Positions 59,155 through 64,000 of a DNA stretch of 64,000 nt are shown here, in pieces. Every line of letters starts with the position of its first letter. Positions within the stretch are counted from its first letter, which is position 1. Under the pieces are notes generated by a model that worked only from the letters and a program-made list of their open reading frames with translations, was not told the DNA's origin and ran no database searches. The position numbers and the translations under genes are program-made. Origin of the DNA: Macrostomum lignano (lineage: Eukaryota); assembly GCA_002269645.1 (NCBI GenBank), contig NIVC01001003.1:186001-250000 (forward strand). The letters are read 5' to 3'.

Positions 59155-61765
59155 GATGCACAAAAACCGAATTGTTTCCTGGCGAGCAAATCCGAACTGC
59201 GCGATCGGCGAGCGAAGAAGCCAAGCTTCATCACGCCCGGCGGTTCGCGCCTGTCCGACCTTGACGACGACGACCTGGTTGAGACGCTGCGCTCCACGGC
59301 TGGGGCTCTGGCGTCGCGTGGCGGCCGAAACAAGAAGGCGAGCAGTCCGGACGACAGGCAGAAAAAGAAGGGCGGCAAGGAGGACAGCGGCCGGGTTGGG
59401 GTGCTGTTCAAGCTGACCGTGTGCCAGCACTTCATGCTGCTATTCGCTATGCTTGCATTCGGCTTTGTTGCTATGCTGCTGTTTATGCCCAACCCGATCG
59501 ACCCAGTGGCTTATCAACTGCCGCCGCAGCCGCCCGCCGTTGGCCCTCTGGCGGCCAACGACCGCCTTGCCGCGGCCCGCAAGCTGCTTGTCGGTGCCGT
59601 CCGCGGCCCGGAAAGTTTCGTCTTTGTTGGCGAGCACCTGTTTACCGGCACTCTGGATGGCCGCATTGTGCGGGTTCACTTGGCCTCCGAGCAGCCGGTG
59701 CGGTTTTTTCTGCGGGGTGGTGGGGGCGAGGGACAGGTAGAACAGTAGGAGCAATTTGGGATCGGGCCAACAAGACAGACATCAAGACAGATACCCAGAC
59801 AGGCCCCGAGACAAACACCCAGGTGACACCCAGGCAGACACCGAGACAGACACCGAGACAGACACCCAGGCAGACACCGAGACAGACACCCAGGCAGACA
59901 CCGAGACAGACACCCTGACAGGCCCCGAGACAAACACCCAGGCGACACCCAGACAGACACCGAGACAGACACCCAGGCAGACACCGAGACAGACACCCAG
60001 GCAGACACCGAGACAGACACCCAGGCAGACACCGAGACAGACACCCAGACGGACACCCAGATAGAGAGACACAAATATATAGCTTTGCTAATTTGTACGT
60101 CAGTCGCATTATTTGATAAGGACAGCGTGAGCAGACAGGCAACCAGACAAGCAGACAGGAGCACTGACAGCTACCCATACGGACAGACTCACCAATCCCC
60201 TATCCCACACAGGAGCTGTGGGTTCGCTTCGGTCCGGCCAACTGTTCGTTGCAAAAGTCCTTCTCTCCGATCAGATGCGGCCGGCCCCTGGGCCTCAGAC
60301 GGCATCCCAGCAACCGGTCCCGCCTACTCGTTGCCGACGCCTATTTGGGCCTGATAGACGTTAATCTGGACAAGCGTCAATTCCAATCGATTATTGATCG
60401 ATCTAATCCGATTGGCGTCACGTTCTTCGACGATCTGGACATCACACCCGACGGCGAGCTGGTGTTTATCTCGGAGGCGTCCACCAGGTATCCGCTGCAC
60501 CAACTGATGCACCAGGTGAGCTAATTAAAAAATACTGATCAAAATTGCGATTGCGATTTGGGGGCATGTGTAAGACCCATAGAAAGGGTCAAGGTCACTT
60601 AGAGGGTCACGTGACAGTTTCAGTTGACGGTCATTTAGAGAGGTCACGTGACAGTTTCAATTGACGGTCAATTAAAGAGGTCACGTGACAGTTACAATTG
60701 ACGGTCATCTAGAGAAGTCACGTGACAGTTCAAATTGACGGTCAATTAGAGAGGTCACGTGACAGTTACAATTTACGGTCATCTACAGAAGTCACGTGAC
60801 AGTTTCAATTGACGGTCAATTAGAGAGGTCACGTGACAGTTACAATTTACGGTCATCTAAAGAAGTCACGTGACAGTTTCAATTGACGGTCAATTAGAGA
60901 GGTCACGTGACAGTTAAAATTTACGGTCATCTAGAGAAGTCACGTGACAGTTTCAATTGACGGTCAATTAGAGAGGTCACGTGACAGTTACAATTTAGGG
61001 TCATCTAAAGAAGTCACGTGACAGTTTCAATTGACGGTCAATTAGAGAGGTCACGTGATCACGATTCGCATCCATTGGAAGAGTCACGTGATAGCCAAAG
61101 GCTTGTTCTTTGGCTTACCAGTGCGGATTGGCTATTCAATTTTTACAATGCCTAACAATGATGGGCCTGTAGAAGATAAATCTTTCACCCCGTATCCGCA
61201 GATGCTGGAGGGCAGCAGCAATGGCCGCTTGATAATGCTGAATATGACTAGCGGACACGCAGCCACGGTGCTGGAGGGCCTCAGCTTCCCCAACGGGGTG
61301 CAGCTGCACCCGGACGGCCAGTCCGTACTGGTGGCCGAGACGTCCGGCTTTAAAATCATTCGCTACTATTTTGCCGGTCCAATGGCTGGCCAGACTCGGA
61401 CATTTGCGGACAATCTACCGTTGGGGCCGGACAATATTCGATTGTCCTCGGACGGCAAGCACCTGTGGGTGTCCGGCAGCCTCGCCCGTCTGGCCGGACT
61501 TCGCAGCAGCGCGGATCTGATGGGCCAGCGCACCTGGCTGCGCCTGGCTGCGGCTAAGATTCTGCCCGGTCCGCTGCTGCACAACATGGCTGCCGGCCAC
61601 TACGGCTTGGTACTGCGGCTGGCTATTAACGATGGCCGCATTGTTGACAGCCTGCACGATACCCAGGGCAAACAGATTACTCATAGTAGCGAGGTTCAGG
61701 ACTATAATGGTCGATTATTTATTGGAACTTATTATGGCCCGTATCTGGCTACGCTGGATCTGTAG
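59155..61765 (+). CDS. APMAP: APMAP / strictosidine-synthase-like protein. Exons (<=59155)-59697, 60213-60515 and 61202-61765; start probably at 57579
   Basis: TM segment then PIDP; GPESF, CGRPLGLR, LLVADAYLGL, LSFPNGVQL and PDNIR motifs; phase-0 GT-AG junctions. Confidence 0.9.
59775..60070. repeat. Short-unit CA/GA-rich minisatellite in an APMAP intron
   Basis: Recurring ACAGACACCCAGGCAGACACCGAG. Confidence 0.9.
60606..61060. repeat. 37-bp tandem array, each unit containing GTCACGTGAC
   Basis: Palindrome starts every 37 bp from 60606 to 61050. Confidence 0.95.
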
Positions 61766-61999
61766 GCTTTTAACTTTTACATGTACGCTCGTAGCTGCCG
61801 GAAGATGGCTAGCAGAGTTATGGGTTCATAGAGCCATGGAGCTTGAACAATAACATCTGGAATGGAAGCTTAATTTGATCGGGTGGGACAAGCCAAGGTC
61901 TAAGTAGCTACAAAGCAACTAAAGCAAAATTTGACCCTTGACAAGACGACAATAATGTACAGACAAGGTTTCGTATAGAAGCGTTCCCTTTTCGGCTAT

Positions 62000-62395
62000 G
62001 GCAGTGTTGCATTGGCAGCGATAGTCTATGGCCAGCCCTGCTGACCGCGCCGGCAGGAGGAAAGGCTTTGCATAGCATTGGTAGCGATAGTCTATGGCCA
62101 GCCCTGCTGACCGCGCCTGCAGGAAAGGCTTTGCATAGCAGAGTGTTGCATTGGCAGCGATAGTCTATGGCCAGCCCTGCTGACCACGCCAGCAGGAAAG
62201 GCTTTGCATAGCAGAGGGTTGCATTGGCAGCGATAGTCTATGGCCAGCCCTGCTGACCGCGCCGGCAGGAAAGGCTTTGCATAACAGAGTTTTGCATTGG
62301 CAGCGATAGTCTATGGCCAGCCCTGCTGACCGCGCCTGCAGGAAAGGCTTTGCATAGCAGAGTGTTGCATTGGCAGCGATAGTCTATGGCCAGCT
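62000..62395. repeat. ~70-bp tandem repeat
   Basis: Recurring GCATTGGCAGCGATAGTCTATGGCCAGCCCTGCTGACCGCGCC. Confidence 0.9.
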
Positions 62396-63134
62396 CAGCC
62401 GGCGTTAGGGGAATATTTTCATATTTTTACGTTGGTGGGAGAACAGTAAAGCTCACAAATACTAGTTCGCATGTACACTAGATTGTATATAGTATGTTTG
62501 GTTAAATCTTAGCGAAAACTATACATTCAATTACGTTGAAGTAGTTTCAAATCCTCATGTTTCCAATTGGTAAATTATCATCGCGTTAAAAATTAATTTT
62601 TTGACCTTCATAATCTTAGATTGCGCAAAGCTTACTAATTGTAGTTTACATCTAATAGCGTGGATGCTCGTGGTATACGTGGTATTTGTATATTTTTATG
62701 ACATCATGTGCCACTGATTTTGACTCTTGTAAACGTTTTTATGTCTAATGCTTGTCATATTTAAAAAATTAGTTTTAATGAAAATTAATAATCTAATCAA
62801 ATGGATTTGTCTTGCCTGTCTTCAACTTTATTCTATCCGAATCATGAATTTTATATCAGTATAAATTTACTGGGAGCTATTTTCAATTTCAACCCGTTGT
62901 TTGTTTGTTAAAGTCGAAATAAAAATAAAAATAGCCTTTTCATTTCTATTCATTTCCTTGACGTATTATCAATTTTCACAAACAGTTATGAAATTTAATA
63001 AGACAAAAAATGTCACATTTCCACTGCCAGTAGCTTAATGCGTTGAATAGCCAATTTTGATTTTTTAATAGTGAAAATTTTCACTTTACTACTATCAGTA
63101 GGCGTAAAGATTGCATTCCAATCTATTTATATAA

Positions 63135-63782
63135 TTGCTGGACTCCGAAGAAGCCGTCGCAGCCGGCTGTTCCGTGGCCTGCACGGCCACTCTGGAGCGC
63201 CTGGATCCGCGCCTCGGCTCCGTACAGCACAGCCGACGAATCACCGGCTGCCAGCTGACTTTGCAGCGCGACAGTCACGGCGAGCTGCGCCTGCGCCTAG
63301 CGGCCAAGACGCACTCAGCAAATTTAAGCGCTAAAGGCGTTGTCATCTTTAAGAAATTCTGGCGCGAAGGCAAATGCACGCTCCGTTTGCCCAGCGAATC
63401 CGCACAGCTGCTGCTGTCCAACTGTCCGGTTGATCGGCTGGCCGACTTTCTCAAACTGCTGTTTGTTAAGCAGCAGTGCGCTGCTAGCAGGCAGCAGCGG
63501 GCCGCTCCGCTGCGCCAGCTGCAGCAGCACCGACAGCCAGCGCTGCCGCAGGCTGAGACCGACATCAGCCCAGTGTCCGCTGCGGACTTGGCCGCCGTGC
63601 GGGCAAGGCAGGCTGCTGCTGCTGCTGCTGCCGCTGGCAGTGCGGCCTCGACCGCCACCACGCCTCAGCGGCTGCAGCGGAAGCGGCCCGCTGTCGCGCC
63701 TGCGGCATCTGCTGCCGCCACCGCCGCCATGCTGCAACTGCCGGGCTTTCGGCCGGCGGGGGGAACTCCGCCTAGCTTGAAG
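63135..63782 (+). CDS. PIF1: PIF1 DNA helicase, N-terminal (PINT) exon; gene continues beyond the window
   Basis: LTLQRDSHGELRLRL, TLRLP, QLLLSNCPVDRLADFLKLL and DISPV resemble the PIF1 N-terminal domain; phase-0 donor AAG|GTAAGG; no in-frame ATG as assembled. Confidence 0.8.
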
Positions 63783-63789
63783 GTAAGGG

Positions 63790-63945
63790 CGCCAGCCTCC
63801 CAGATCCCCAGTTGCTGGGCCAGCCTCCCAGATCCCCAGTTGCTGGGCCAGCCTCCCAGATCCCCAGTTGCTGGGCCAGCCTCCCAGATCCTCAGTTGCT
63901 GGGCCAGCCTCCCAGATCCTCAGTTGCTGGGCCAGCCTCCCAGAT
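63790..63945. repeat. 28-bp intronic minisatellite
   Basis: Unit CCTCCCAGATCCCCAGTTGCTGGGCCAG. Confidence 0.9.
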
Positions 63946-64000
63946 CCTCAGCAAACAATCAGCCATAACCAATCCAATCCGCTCTTAGGGCCCCCGTCTC

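Overview
Eukaryotic (animal) genomic DNA with GC-rich exons, GT-AG introns and a very high load of minisatellites. By inference it is a Macrostomum-like flatworm genome; no database check was possible. Plus-strand genes: a probable terminal exon with ~22 acidic 9-aa repeats, two tandem GLD-2/TENT2 poly(A) polymerase paralogues, PRPF38A, a VGAT-like transporter, two near-identical PAN + C-type-lectin-like secreted-protein genes (the first with a premature stop), a cationic amino-acid transporter, LSG1, APMAP-like and the 5' exon of PIF1. A single-exon tetraspanin lies on the minus strand. Mobile DNA: a degenerate intron-containing tyrosine-recombinase (Crypton-like) element lying antisense in the first GLD-2 intron, a Merlin deletion derivative, a mariner remnant, a BEL/Pao fragment, CORE-type SINEs and several MITEs with 8-bp TSDs. 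The most interesting observations are: (1) a spliced chromodomain, absent from the ORF track, directly upstream of the tyrosine recombinase; (2) a 1.55-kb 22-bp array separating the only plausible APMAP start codon from the rest of its frame; (3) RFX X-box motifs at 30-bp spacing inside a coding exon; (4) homogenisation of duplicated genes restricted to coding sequence; (5) RTX-like nonapeptide repeats; (6) a 37-bp array of GTCACGTGAC palindromes. All calls come from manual reading and motif recall, and repeat boundaries are approximate.
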